64,000 nucleotides of DNA from an uncultured Acidobacteriota bacterium (GTDB lineage: Bacteria > Acidobacteriota > UBA6911 > RPQK01 > JAPXNP01): NCBI GenBank assembly GCA_963777605.1, contig CAVZRV010000028.1, positions 64,001-128,000 of the forward strand, given 5' to 3'. Below are positions 32,818-42,161 of the stretch, one piece after another; within the stretch, counting starts at the first letter, position 1; each line of letters opens with the position of its first letter. The notes beneath the pieces were generated by a model. That model made no database searches. It was not told the origin of the DNA and saw only the letters and a program-made list of their open reading frames with translations. Position numbers and translations under genes: made by a program.

Positions 32818-34185
32818 CTATTGGTACCCGAACAGAACCGGGAAACAGACGACTACCACTGCAGCCCACAACCCATATACGGGCAGATAGGCTGTTTGCC
32901 AGCGCTCCACGGGTGCAAAGGGTGCCTTCGCCATCAGAAACCGGAGGTAGAGCACCGCCGACCAAGCGAGATTCACCAACAGGACCAGGTTCTCTCCCAG
33001 GGCCGCAACCCGGTTGGGGCTGAAGCCGAACTCGGTGATCCGGGCCGCGATCGCCCAGAGCGCGAAAGCATCAACCAGGAGTGCTCCGAGTACCAGCAGA
33101 AGTTGGAGTGCGTCGAAGAGTCCGGGCGGGGCCATTAGCTCTCTTGCGGATACGGAATAGAGAAGAAGTCCCAGCACCAGCACCAGGAGAAGGTCGAAGC
33201 TGATCAACACCTCCCGGTCCACGTTGATGCCGCTGCCCGTCCAGATCATGGTTGCGAGAAAAGCGAGGAGCAGGAGCAGGAAGAGCGGCGTGAAGAGCCG
33301 GGTCAACACGGGAGCCATGTTCTCGATCACGTTCTGCTTGGCCTCCACGAGCCACGCGCTGACCAGAACCGCGCCGACAACACCACAGGGCAACAACCAG
33401 GACTGAACAATCCATTCGACGTTGAGACCTATGGCGTTGAAGACGGCAAGCGTACAAGCCATCAGCACGCCGCCGCCGAAAGCGATCAGGGTGTAATAGA
33501 TGAACCACTCCCCGGTGAACCTCACGAAGTTCATGCGCCGCTCGTGATCCCTCCACGAGCCGCCCGTGTAGGCAAAGGCGACCGCCAGCCACAACACGAT
33601 CGGAAGATGAAGGGCAGTCAGGATCTCGGTGTGTCCCCGGGGTTGGTAAGGCATTACATTCACGACAACCGCGGAGACCGCGAAAAGGCCCGCCAACCCG
33701 GTCAGGGAAACCCGGTCGAGGCTGCGTTTCCAGGCGAAGAACACGGCCAGAAGCGGCAGCACGAAAAAGGTGAAGTTCCGAATGTAGAAGGAATTGTCCG
33801 CTTCCGGACCGGCAATCCTCAGCCCAAACAACTCCGGCACTTTAACTGCGATCGCCGCTGCGACAGCGAGCCCGACGGCGACAATCTCCTCGCGGCTCAG
33901 GAAGCTGTCCGGCTGATCTCCATCGGGTGACAGGATCAACTGTTTCCACAGCCGTTCTGAGTACTCCAGGGCGAACTCACGCGAAATTGCATCGAGGTTT
34001 CCGAGGCGCTTCACGGCCACAAGGAACGCTTCGTCAGATTTGAGACCCGCATCGCTCAGGCTCGTGATCTCATTGCGAAGGTGATCCTCGAGTTCTTCGA
34101 CATCCGCCGAACTCAAGACCTGCCGGCGAGAAAGGTATCTGCGCCACTCTCCGATGTGTTCTTCCAGAAATTGACTCGTCTCCAC
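32818..34185 (-). CDS. Permease-prefix-domain-1 membrane protein
   Basis: ELEDHLRNEITSLSDAGLKSDEAFLVAVKRLG followed by ~11 TM segments; GTG start with RBS GGAGGAGG; downstream of padR. Confidence 0.85.
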   Translation of the reverse strand: METSQFLEEHIGEWRRYLSRRQVLSSADVEELEDHLRNEITSLSDAGLKSDEAFLVAVKRLGNLDAISREFALEYSERLWKQLILSPDGDQPDSFLSREEIVAVGLAVAAAIAVKVPELFGLRIAGPEADNSFYIRNFTFFVLPLLAVFFAWKRSLDRVSLTGLAGLFAVSAVVVNVMPYQPRGHTEILTALHLPIVLWLAVAFAYTGGSWRDHERRMNFVRFTGEWFIYYTLIAFGGGVLMACTLAVFNAIGLNVEWIVQSWLLPCGVVGAVLVSAWLVEAKQNVIENMAPVLTRLFTPLFLLLLLAFLATMIWTGSGINVDREVLISFDLLLVLVLGLLLYSVSARELMAPPGLFDALQLLLVLGALLVDAFALWAIAARITEFGFSPNRVAALGENLVLLVNLAWSAVLYLRFLMAKAPFAPVERWQTAYLPVYGLWAAVVVVCFPVLFGYQ

Positions 34186-34211
34186 GTTTCCGCCTCCTCC
34201 AAGTCCCCCGC

Positions 34212-34565
34212 TTAGACACTCTCCGGGGCCCATCCGACCCCGGCAGCCCAGATTCCTCTCAGTGCCGAGTCGACGACTTCCCACTGGCGCCGGTGGCTGG
34301 CGAGCTCCTCCAGGCCCGACTGGGTGATGCGGTAATACTTGCGCCGCCGTCCAGTCTCAGATTCGCCCCAGGTTGACTCGATGAATCCGTTGCGTTCGAG
34401 GCGATGGAGCAGCGGGTAGAGCATTCCGTCGGTCCACTGGAGTTCGCTTCCGGAGAGTTCGCTAACGCGCTTGAGGATTGCATACCCCCAACTCTCCCCT
34501 TCGCTGAGGATTGCCAGCACCAGGGGAGTCGCCGAGGCCGCGACCAGGTCCTTGCCGATATTCAC
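34212..34565 (-). CDS. PadR family transcriptional regulator
   Basis: LVLAIL...WGYAILKRV...GMLYPLLHRLE...RRKYYRIT. Confidence 0.92.
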   Translation of the reverse strand: MNIGKDLVAASATPLVLAILSEGESWGYAILKRVSELSGSELQWTDGMLYPLLHRLERNGFIESTWGESETGRRRKYYRITQSGLEELASHRRQWEVVDSALRGIWAAGVGWAPESV

Positions 34566-34626
34566 ATTCCGATTCCTTCCCTGCCGTGAGTTCCGATCGG
34601 AACCTAGATGAATTATACATTGCGCC

Positions 34627-34655
34627 TTTATACATTGAGCTGTGATGTATTTCAA
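34627..34655 (-). promoter_or_regulatory. Sigma70 promoter of padR with overlapping inverted repeat (candidate operator)
   Basis: Minus strand TTGAAA-17bp-TATAAA; ATACAT-N9-ATGTAT at 34630-34650. Confidence 0.6.
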
Positions 34656-34656
34656 C

Positions 34657-34960
34657 ATGGAGTGCCGAAAGCGCCAGCTTCCGCTTTTACCCAACCCGGA
34701 ATGGCTCAGTCGTGGAAAGGAAGCGAAAGCTTCCGTTGCCTCCATTCATTAGCACTTCGCACTTCGGTCTCGCACTTCTCCATCGAGATTCGAAATCGAC
34801 CTTCGGGCTTGACGCGTTCCACTTTCGTGGGGTTCCACGTTCAACGCCGGGTCAGTGCGGCTGGAGGGCTTGCCCTTGCGGCATCAACTGGGTGAAGCTT
34901 TCGCTTCCCATTCGGTGGGCCGGGGGTTTAAAGCGGAAGCTCTCGCTTCCGCACTTCCAT
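34657..34960. repeat. GGAG-type REP-like palindrome cluster
   Basis: ATGGAGTGCCGAAAGCGCCAGCTTCCGC (+, 34657). Inverted copies GGAAGCGAAAGCTTCC...CTCCAT (ending 34745) and GCGGAAGCTCTCGCTTCCGCACTTCCAT (34933-34960). A degenerate copy lies at ~34894. Confidence 0.65.
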
Positions 34961-34996
34961 GAGAATCTGGCGAGGAATTGGTCAATCAACCGTGAC

Positions 34997-35377
34997 TTAC
35001 AGCGCCTTGAGGTAGCGCTCGATCCAGCCGGCAATCTCGTCGAGCTCAGCCTGCCCCTCGATGATACGCCGGACAACGAACCGTTCCCCCTCGTCAGCGC
35101 CAACCGTCAGGACATGACCGTTCATGCGAAGGAAGACGGCGGTGAGGGCAAAGGACATGCGTTTGTTCCCGTCTACGAACGCGTGGTTGCGGGCCAGACT
35201 CTGCATTAGAGCGCCAGCCTGCTCCGAAAGAGACTGGTAATATCCCGATCTCGGTCTTGCCAGGCAGCTCTCCAGCAGCCCCCTGTCCCGAACACCGGGA
35301 GTTCCCCCGAAACGCTCGATCAGTTCGGCGTGCAAATAGAGCGCTTCTTCCAGAGTCGGGAAAAGTGTTTCCATCAC
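34997..35377 (-). CDS. doc: Doc/Fic family type II toxin
   Basis: FGGTPGVRDRGLLES and Doc-type motif HAFVDGNKR. Confidence 0.92.
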   Translation of the reverse strand: MMETLFPTLEEALYLHAELIERFGGTPGVRDRGLLESCLARPRSGYYQSLSEQAGALMQSLARNHAFVDGNKRMSFALTAVFLRMNGHVLTVGADEGERFVVRRIIEGQAELDEIAGWIERYLKAL

Positions 35378-35390
35378 GCGGGCTCCGTCC

Positions 35391-35609
35391 TTAGCGGGCT
35401 AACCGGGTCAACAGGTCGGCGTTCTCATCGAGAACCGTAGCCGCGGCCTTCCGAAACGCCGGACGCAGGCGCACCGTCTGGAGGTGGACGGAGACTGCCT
35501 CGGTCAGAACCACCGAGATCTGCTGGTTCGACTCCTTGGCGTACCGCCGGAGTTCGGCCAGGACCTTCCGGTCCATCTGAGAGCTGAATTTTTCCAGCTG
35601 CTCACTCAT
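35391..35609 (-). CDS. Putative ribbon-helix-helix antitoxin
   Basis: 72 aa, directly upstream of doc, with KFSSQMD beta-strand then helices, ending LLTRLAR. Inverted repeat TCAAG-N6-CTTGA upstream at 35632-35647. Confidence 0.75.
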   Translation of the reverse strand: MSEQLEKFSSQMDRKVLAELRRYAKESNQQISVVLTEAVSVHLQTVRLRPAFRKAAATVLDENADLLTRLAR

Positions 35610-35734
35610 GACTCCATCCTATCATGATGAATCAAGAATTGACTTGAAAGCAACGCATACCCATTGATGGAGCGACTTCGGAACATGCCGTACGCGTCGC
35701 TGCAATGGGACCGAACTCAAGCGCCGAGCCGGAT

Positions 35735-36409
35735 TCACTGGTGGGAAGCGGTGAATATTAAGAAGTACTGGTAAGGCAAGAAAGTATATTCCTTTTCCAG
35801 CTCGAAACCCGACTGCTTCATCTCGTCAATCAGATCCTGGCGAGGGATCTTCATACTCGTCGGCGGCCCGACGGGCAGATCGCGCTTCTGAAAATCGATC
35901 ATGATCACCTGTCCCCCGGGCTTGAGCATCCGTTTGAGCAATGAGAGGTAATGGGGGCGATCCTCGATGTGATGCCAAACGTCACAGATGAAGAAGCGAT
36001 CGATCGACCCGTCCGGCAGGAGTGGATCATCCGGGTCGGCCAGAACGGTGACCACGTTCGTCAGCTTCATGTCCCGGATGTGGCGGTTCATGTAGCGGAT
36101 CATGTCCGGGTTGATGTCCACGGCATAGACCCTTCCGCTCGCCCCGACATGTCGGGCAAATCGCAAGGTAAAGTAGCCCGATCCGGCTCCGATATCGGCA
36201 ATTGTCTCTCCCTCTTTCAGTGCCAGCGACGACACCACTTCATCCGGTTTCTGATAAGCGTCGCGAGCCGGGTCCTCCAGCATCGCGATATACGCCTTCG
36301 AATCCTGGTGGAGCCGATGCATTTCCTGCGCGGTTGACACGTGCGGGTTTTGCCCGGCAGCGAAGGCCGGTGACAGGAGGAGAACCGACAACCAAAGCTG
36401 CATTCTCAT
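35735..36409 (-). CDS. Class I SAM-dependent methyltransferase with signal peptide
   Basis: IADIGAGSGYF, VYAVDI and LKPGG; N-terminus MRMQLWLSVLLLSPAFAAG. Confidence 0.88.
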   Translation of the reverse strand: MRMQLWLSVLLLSPAFAAGQNPHVSTAQEMHRLHQDSKAYIAMLEDPARDAYQKPDEVVSSLALKEGETIADIGAGSGYFTLRFARHVGASGRVYAVDINPDMIRYMNRHIRDMKLTNVVTVLADPDDPLLPDGSIDRFFICDVWHHIEDRPHYLSLLKRMLKPGGQVIMIDFQKRDLPVGPPTSMKIPRQDLIDEMKQSGFELEKEYTFLPYQYFLIFTASHQ

Positions 36410-36717
36410 CGATATCGCCCTTTTTAGACGGTTCGTTAACTGATTGAAGTCCCAGGAACCGAGAGTCGCAAGCACCGTCTCACTGTGACAGCAAGCGATG
36501 ATCGACTCGCCGGGGAAGAGTTTCCAAACAAGGATAACAGGGGATTTCAAGTCACATCAAGATATCAACAGCCCCCGGTTGCCATGCCGGCTTCGGAGCC
36601 CTGGGAAACCGTTTTCATCGAGACAGGCGCTGACTTCTGTGCTTTACTGGTTTCTCCCGAAACTGGGCGTTGAAGTGTTGAACGGCTCTGTTTGAATTCC
36701 GTAAGGAGTGAAGCAAC

Positions 36718-38586
36718 GTGAACTCTTCTATCTTGATCCGGATCGGCAGCGTCGTGCTGTTTTCAGCTCTTTTCCTCTCGTGCACATCGAGGCCCGCCCA
36801 ACCGCCGAATATTCTTTGGATCACGTCTGAAGATAACGGCCCTCAACTGGGAGCCTATGGGGACGAGTTCGCGGTGACGCCTAACCTGGACTCTCTGGCC
36901 AGCCAGGGCATGATTTACACCAACGCGTGGTCGAACGCTCCGGTTTGCGCGCCCGCGCGGACCGCTATCATTGCCGGTGTCTACCCAACCTCGATCGGTG
37001 CGCAGCACATGCGGTCCATGGTCCGGCTCCCGGCCGGAATGAGGATGTATCCGCAGTTTCTCAGGCAAGCCGGCTACTACTGCACCAACAATTCGAAGGA
37101 GGATTACAACCTCGAGAAACCAGGACCAGTTTGGGACGACTCCTCAACGGAGGCCCACTTCAGAAACCGCCCCGAAGGCAGGCCCTTCTTCGCGGTTTTC
37201 AACATCATGAGCACTCACGAATCCCAGATCCGCAAGCGACCCCATACACCGGTCCACGACCCTGGCAAAGTCCGCGTCCCCGCATACCATCCCGACACCC
37301 CCGAAGTCCGACAGGACTGGGCTCAGTACTACGACAAGATGACCGAGATGGACGGGGAAGCAGGCGAGATTCTCGCCCAACTCCAGGCAGACGGGCTCGC
37401 CGAAGACACGATCGTCTTCTACTATGGTGATCACGGCCCCGGGCTCCCGCGGTCAAAGCGCTACCCGTACAATTCAGGCCTCCTCGTCCCCATGATTGTC
37501 TACATCCCTCCAAAGTACCAGCATCTGGCGCCCGCGGACTACACCGCAGGGGGTTCTTCAGCCCGCCCGGTCGCGTTCGTCGATCTCGCGCCAACCGTAC
37601 TTTCGCTCGCCGGCATCGAGCCTCCGGAGTACATGCAGGGAGAGCCGTTCCTGGGTCCTTACGCCCAGCCGCCGCGAGAGTTCAACTACGGGTTTCGCGG
37701 CCGCATGGATGAACGCTACGACATGACACGATCGGTTCGGGACGGCCGCTACAGCTACCTCCGCAACTACAATCCGCACAAAATCTACGGCCAGTATGTC
37801 GACTACATGTTCCAGACGCCGACCACTCAAGTGTGGCACCGTCTCTACCAGGAGGGAAAGCTTGAGCCTCCGCAAACCTATTTCTGGGAGACCAAGCCCT
37901 ACGAAGAACTCTACGATCTCGAAGAAGATCCGGACGAGACCGTCAACCTCGTCGACCGGCCGGAGACCCAGGCGGTCGTCGACCGGCTGAGGGGTGCAAT
38001 GGACCGCCATCTGGAAGAAGTCCGCGACATTGGATTTCTTCCGGAGGCGGAATTCCAGAAGCGCGCAGCCGGCAGGACGCCCGGGGATGTGGCGAGAGAC
38101 GAGGAAAGCTACCCGTTCCGCGACATCAAGGCCGCGGCCGATTTGGCCGCCTCCATGAAACCGGGAGCAGACGAAGAGCTGAAGGCAGCCACGCTTCATC
38201 CTGATGCCGGAGTTCGATACTGGGGCGCCCTGGGATTTCTGGTTCGTGGAAAGGAGTCCGTCAGGTCCAATCGGGAGACGCTTCACCATCTGCTCGAGGA
38301 CAAGTCGGAGGTGGTGCGAATCACGGCGGCTGAAGCTCTCGGCAGATACGGAACTGAGGCGGATGCCGCCCAGGCCCTCGATGTCCTGATCAGCTACGCC
38401 GATCCTGAGAAAAACGGGATCTATCTCGGCACGATGGCGATGAACGCACTCGACACCATGGACGAACGCGCTGCATCGGCAGCGGATGAGATTGAGTCTC
38501 TTCCCGATTCCGACCCCTCGGCCGACCAGCGGCTTCGAGATTATGTCGGTCGGCTCAAGTCGAAGATCCTGGCTGATCTCGAGTAG
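36718..38586 (+). CDS. Sulfatase (lipoprotein) with C-terminal HEAT repeats
   Basis: Lipobox FLSC, PNILWITSED, CAPAR (CxPxR), GDHG, ELYDL and VRITAAEALG. Confidence 0.93.
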   Translation: MNSSILIRIGSVVLFSALFLSCTSRPAQPPNILWITSEDNGPQLGAYGDEFAVTPNLDSLASQGMIYTNAWSNAPVCAPARTAIIAGVYPTSIGAQHMRSMVRLPAGMRMYPQFLRQAGYYCTNNSKEDYNLEKPGPVWDDSSTEAHFRNRPEGRPFFAVFNIMSTHESQIRKRPHTPVHDPGKVRVPAYHPDTPEVRQDWAQYYDKMTEMDGEAGEILAQLQADGLAEDTIVFYYGDHGPGLPRSKRYPYNSGLLVPMIVYIPPKYQHLAPADYTAGGSSARPVAFVDLAPTVLSLAGIEPPEYMQGEPFLGPYAQPPREFNYGFRGRMDERYDMTRSVRDGRYSYLRNYNPHKIYGQYVDYMFQTPTTQVWHRLYQEGKLEPPQTYFWETKPYEELYDLEEDPDETVNLVDRPETQAVVDRLRGAMDRHLEEVRDIGFLPEAEFQKRAAGRTPGDVARDEESYPFRDIKAAADLAASMKPGADEELKAATLHPDAGVRYWGALGFLVRGKESVRSNRETLHHLLEDKSEVVRITAAEALGRYGTEADAAQALDVLISYADPEKNGIYLGTMAMNALDTMDERAASAADEIESLPDSDPSADQRLRDYVGRLKSKILADLE

Positions 38587-38675
38587 GTGGTCCGCTTCTC
38601 GGAACCGCAGCGCGGAACGCTGCCCGCTGGAAGAATTGAAGCCGGGCCCGGGCGGGCTTCAGAACACTAGAACGG

Positions 38676-40400
38676 TCATTCCGCAGGGTCGATCAGCGCC
38701 ACGGTATAGCTGAATTCCCTTGCTATCCCCCCAACCTTGACGTTGCTGATCGTCACGTTATGACCGGAGTTCAGCAGAACTTCATTGGGATCGGGGACCC
38801 AGACGATCGAGTTGTCTCCAAACCCGTTGGCGACCGTCTCGACGGTGACCTGGATCGGGAACTCGGGGCCCCGGTCCATCGTCACGGTTGCCTCGCTGAA
38901 GTCCGCGTCCGGGTACGAGAACGACCAACGCTCGAAGACGAGTTGGTAAGGGACATATCCCTGTGGAGGCCAGGCAGTTTCGACGAGCGGTCCGGAAGCG
39001 AAATTTCCGATCACCCAGAGCGCATTGGCCGAATCCTGGTCGGTGACAGCCGTTCCCGAGCCGATAACTCGCTGGCGGGGATAGAGAATCCATCGGCGGT
39101 GACCGGCCGAAGTGTTTCCGGGTCCGGCATCGCGGATGTAACCATCGACGATGTTCGAGACCGATGGTGCTTCGCCCTTGAGGTAGAAGAGGTTGGATTT
39201 CGCTGAAGCTTCTTTTCCGTCCTCGCTGTAGCACACCCAGGACGCCTGCGGATCGTGGTCGGCCCGGTTGTTCGCAATCATGATCAGGGCGGCAGCCTGC
39301 GCCTTCGCATTGAGGTCATCGTCGAGGACCAGATCGCCGGGGGCTCCGGCCATGGCGCGAAAGTAATTGATTCGGCGCAGCAGGGCTCGATTGAAAGAAT
39401 CGGAGACCGCACCGGGTAAACAGGTGTCCTCGTTGCCCGTCCAGTCTGCGACAAAACCTTCCGAAGCCTCGTAGAAATTGCGGTAGAGCTGGACTACGGC
39501 ATCCCGATCCCCGGAATCGACCGAAAGTCCGGTGTAGGGTACGGACTCCTCGTCCGCTTCTGCCGGCGCCGCTCCGAGCTGGACCGAAGCAAACTCGGGC
39601 GGAGACCCGACCAACAGGGTCGTGACGTAAAGCGGCTCGTCGCTGCTGATCTGGAATTGGGTCACGCGAGCATCGCGGGGCAACTCGGGAATAAAGCTGT
39701 AGGGGAAGAGCGCCTTCTGAACGTTTTCACCGCCGCCGAGATTAAATGTACCGGCGTACTGGGATCCGTCCGCTGCACGGGCGACGACCTGGACCTCGAC
39801 GGGCTGGTCGCCGTTTTCGGGATCGGGTTCCGGCGTCCACGGGTTGGCATCGATCGTCCGCTTCGCCACCACAGCCATTCCGGTATCAAAGGTCGTGTCA
39901 CTGGCACCGATCAGGCGATAACCCGTATGCGCCTCTTTGAGGCCCTGGACGGCTATTACGTCCGTGACCTGCCCCGCATCGTCCTCGAGGAAGTAGACCA
40001 GGGAGACCATCAGGTCGTCGATCGAATCGATTAGTTGAGGCTGCACGAACAGGTATCCGACCTGCAGTTCCTCGCTGCTGATTCGGTATATCGCGGATTC
40101 GCCGGCCTTCAGTGTGAAGTTGAGCCCACCCGCGTCCAGCACGAGTGGATCTCCATTGAACAGAGTGGTGAGTCCCGTCATCGGCTGGGTGACACCGTCC
40201 TGCCGATTCAACGCAAACGCTCCCTGCCAATCGCGCGTCAGGCCTGCGTTTCCGAGGCGCAGCTCAATGACCAGGTTTCCCCCTTCGGCGGGACCGACCG
40301 CCACTTGCGGAAAAACGATCCGCTCTGCCAGAAGCGGGAACGTAGTCAAAGCCGAACACAAAAGAAATGGGACGAGAACTGAAAGGCCTTTTCGACGCAT
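38676..40400 (-). CDS. Secreted CAP (SCP-like) domain protein with divergent N-terminal FPQ module
   Basis: Signal peptide, FPQVAVG N-domain, and INYFRAMAG...AQAAALIM...H...SNL...GHRRWIL. Confidence 0.85.
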   Translation of the reverse strand: MRRKGLSVLVPFLLCSALTTFPLLAERIVFPQVAVGPAEGGNLVIELRLGNAGLTRDWQGAFALNRQDGVTQPMTGLTTLFNGDPLVLDAGGLNFTLKAGESAIYRISSEELQVGYLFVQPQLIDSIDDLMVSLVYFLEDDAGQVTDVIAVQGLKEAHTGYRLIGASDTTFDTGMAVVAKRTIDANPWTPEPDPENGDQPVEVQVVARAADGSQYAGTFNLGGGENVQKALFPYSFIPELPRDARVTQFQISSDEPLYVTTLLVGSPPEFASVQLGAAPAEADEESVPYTGLSVDSGDRDAVVQLYRNFYEASEGFVADWTGNEDTCLPGAVSDSFNRALLRRINYFRAMAGAPGDLVLDDDLNAKAQAAALIMIANNRADHDPQASWVCYSEDGKEASAKSNLFYLKGEAPSVSNIVDGYIRDAGPGNTSAGHRRWILYPRQRVIGSGTAVTDQDSANALWVIGNFASGPLVETAWPPQGYVPYQLVFERWSFSYPDADFSEATVTMDRGPEFPIQVTVETVANGFGDNSIVWVPDPNEVLLNSGHNVTISNVKVGGIAREFSYTVALIDPAE

Positions 40401-40862
40401 CGAAACTTCTCCTTTTCCCCCGATTGATCAGCAACTGTACTAAAGCAACACCTCGGACTCAAGGGAAAATGAGCCGGGAGAAATGGGAACGGGAACACCA
40501 AACGGATTCGACATCTGGTGAATGTCTGCCTCCCGACAGGTTTCGAGTAAACTCCAGGCAGCACTTCTTCGTCTAAACCTGCAACAACGACTCTCACGTC
40601 GCGCCGGCGAGAGTCGTCCTCGAGCAATTGTTCAGGGAAATGTGAATTCAGCGAGTGGCGGGGTCGATTCGAAAGGGATCCCCCTTCTGCCGGGTGGGCG
40701 GACCTCCGGGATCCTGCACGGGCAAGCGTGCCTTTTCGATGGTACGGCGTCAACCATGAGCCGTGTCATAGCTTTCGCCAGTGAATCTGACGGTCGAACC
40801 CTTTGCATGAGTGGTTTGAACCTCCGCTGTGACTCGCGAAAAGCTCCGGAAGGGAGAAGGAA

Positions 40863-41762
40863 ATGGACTGCCTGAGACTATTCCTGAACACTGCAGCGGG
40901 TTTAATGATCGTATCTCTGGGCATTTTCGACTGCTCAGCACATCCGGTTCCCGATCTGGTCGTCAGCGGAAGACTGTTGAGCCACCAAGGTCAGGGCGGC
41001 AGCCTGGTGGTCCGACTGCGCTGCCCCCAATTTCAAGCTCAAACTCGGACCACGGAATCGGGACTTTTTGCGGTTCGGGTACCTCGAACAACCAGTCAAG
41101 ACTTCCTTTCATTGTCAACTCAGGAGGGTTGGCGATCCGAGGAACTATCCTTTTCCGACCTGCAGGCCAGAAGTTCGATGGAATGTTCTCTGCAGATACT
41201 TCGTTCGAGCACAATCCTGTCGCAACTTTGGGTAACCCTGCCACGCGGGCAACGGCATATCGATATCGGCGATCTCGAAATTGCCGACACGGTTACCCTG
41301 GGTTCGGACAAACCACTTACCGTACATTGGGCTTCTCTCGCTGCACCACCAGAGGCAAACGCAGCCTGTGCACAGGCAAGGAATGAACTCGGGAAGCAGC
41401 GCCCGAATCTCGAGAAAGCCAACCAACTCATCGAAAAGGCACTCCACCTGGATCCTGAAATGAAGGAAGCCTGGTATCTGAAGGCCTTTGCCGCAATGAG
41501 CACGGGAAATTTCGAAGCGGCCAGAGAGGCATCAGAGCGCGTCCATTCCAGCAACGATAGGGGTCGGTTTCCCAATATCGCTGTCGTTGACGCCCTCCTG
41601 CTCGCCCAGGACGGCAAAGTGGTCGAAGCAGCCTCCCTCCTCCGTTCCTTTCTCAGTCGGAATCCAGGGTACGAGAACCGGGCTGCAGTGGAGAAACAGA
41701 TAGATATCTGGGCGCCAACCGCCAGGACGCAGGAAGGTTCTCATCGATCGGAGGTTGATTAA
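40863..41762 (+). CDS. Exported TPR-repeat protein
   Basis: N-terminal hydrophobic segment and TPR-like EKALHLDPEMKEAWYLKAFAAM. Confidence 0.65.
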   Translation: MDCLRLFLNTAAGLMIVSLGIFDCSAHPVPDLVVSGRLLSHQGQGGSLVVRLRCPQFQAQTRTTESGLFAVRVPRTTSQDFLSLSTQEGWRSEELSFSDLQARSSMECSLQILRSSTILSQLWVTLPRGQRHIDIGDLEIADTVTLGSDKPLTVHWASLAAPPEANAACAQARNELGKQRPNLEKANQLIEKALHLDPEMKEAWYLKAFAAMSTGNFEAAREASERVHSSNDRGRFPNIAVVDALLLAQDGKVVEAASLLRSFLSRNPGYENRAAVEKQIDIWAPTARTQEGSHRSEVD

Positions 41763-42161
41763 CGGAAACCGGGCATACCCCCTTGGACTGCTCAGCCCCC
41801 CCTGAGCCATAGAGCATTCAACTGGGCAGTTCCGCCGATGGATCTGAAGATCAGTCGTTCAGATAAGGGACGCCTCAGGATTGACTCAATCATATCCCGA
41901 CTGGACGGCGCCCGCGCGGGATCTGCCGGAGAATCTGCCCAGGAAGTGAGCCCGGTGGCCTGCTGCGGACGGGCTTCCTCCGTCGCCAAAGCGGACGGCG
42001 GCTCATCTGAACTCAGTGCGAGACAGAGGACTCTATCTGTGGTTTACTTACTTGCTTCGAGGTTTAGTGTTGAAACTTGAACCGCCCCATGCAACTTCCA
42101 TGCTGCTTTTCTCCAGCCTGGCACATCAGAATCTAAATCGCGTTTGGGAAAGGGAACATCA

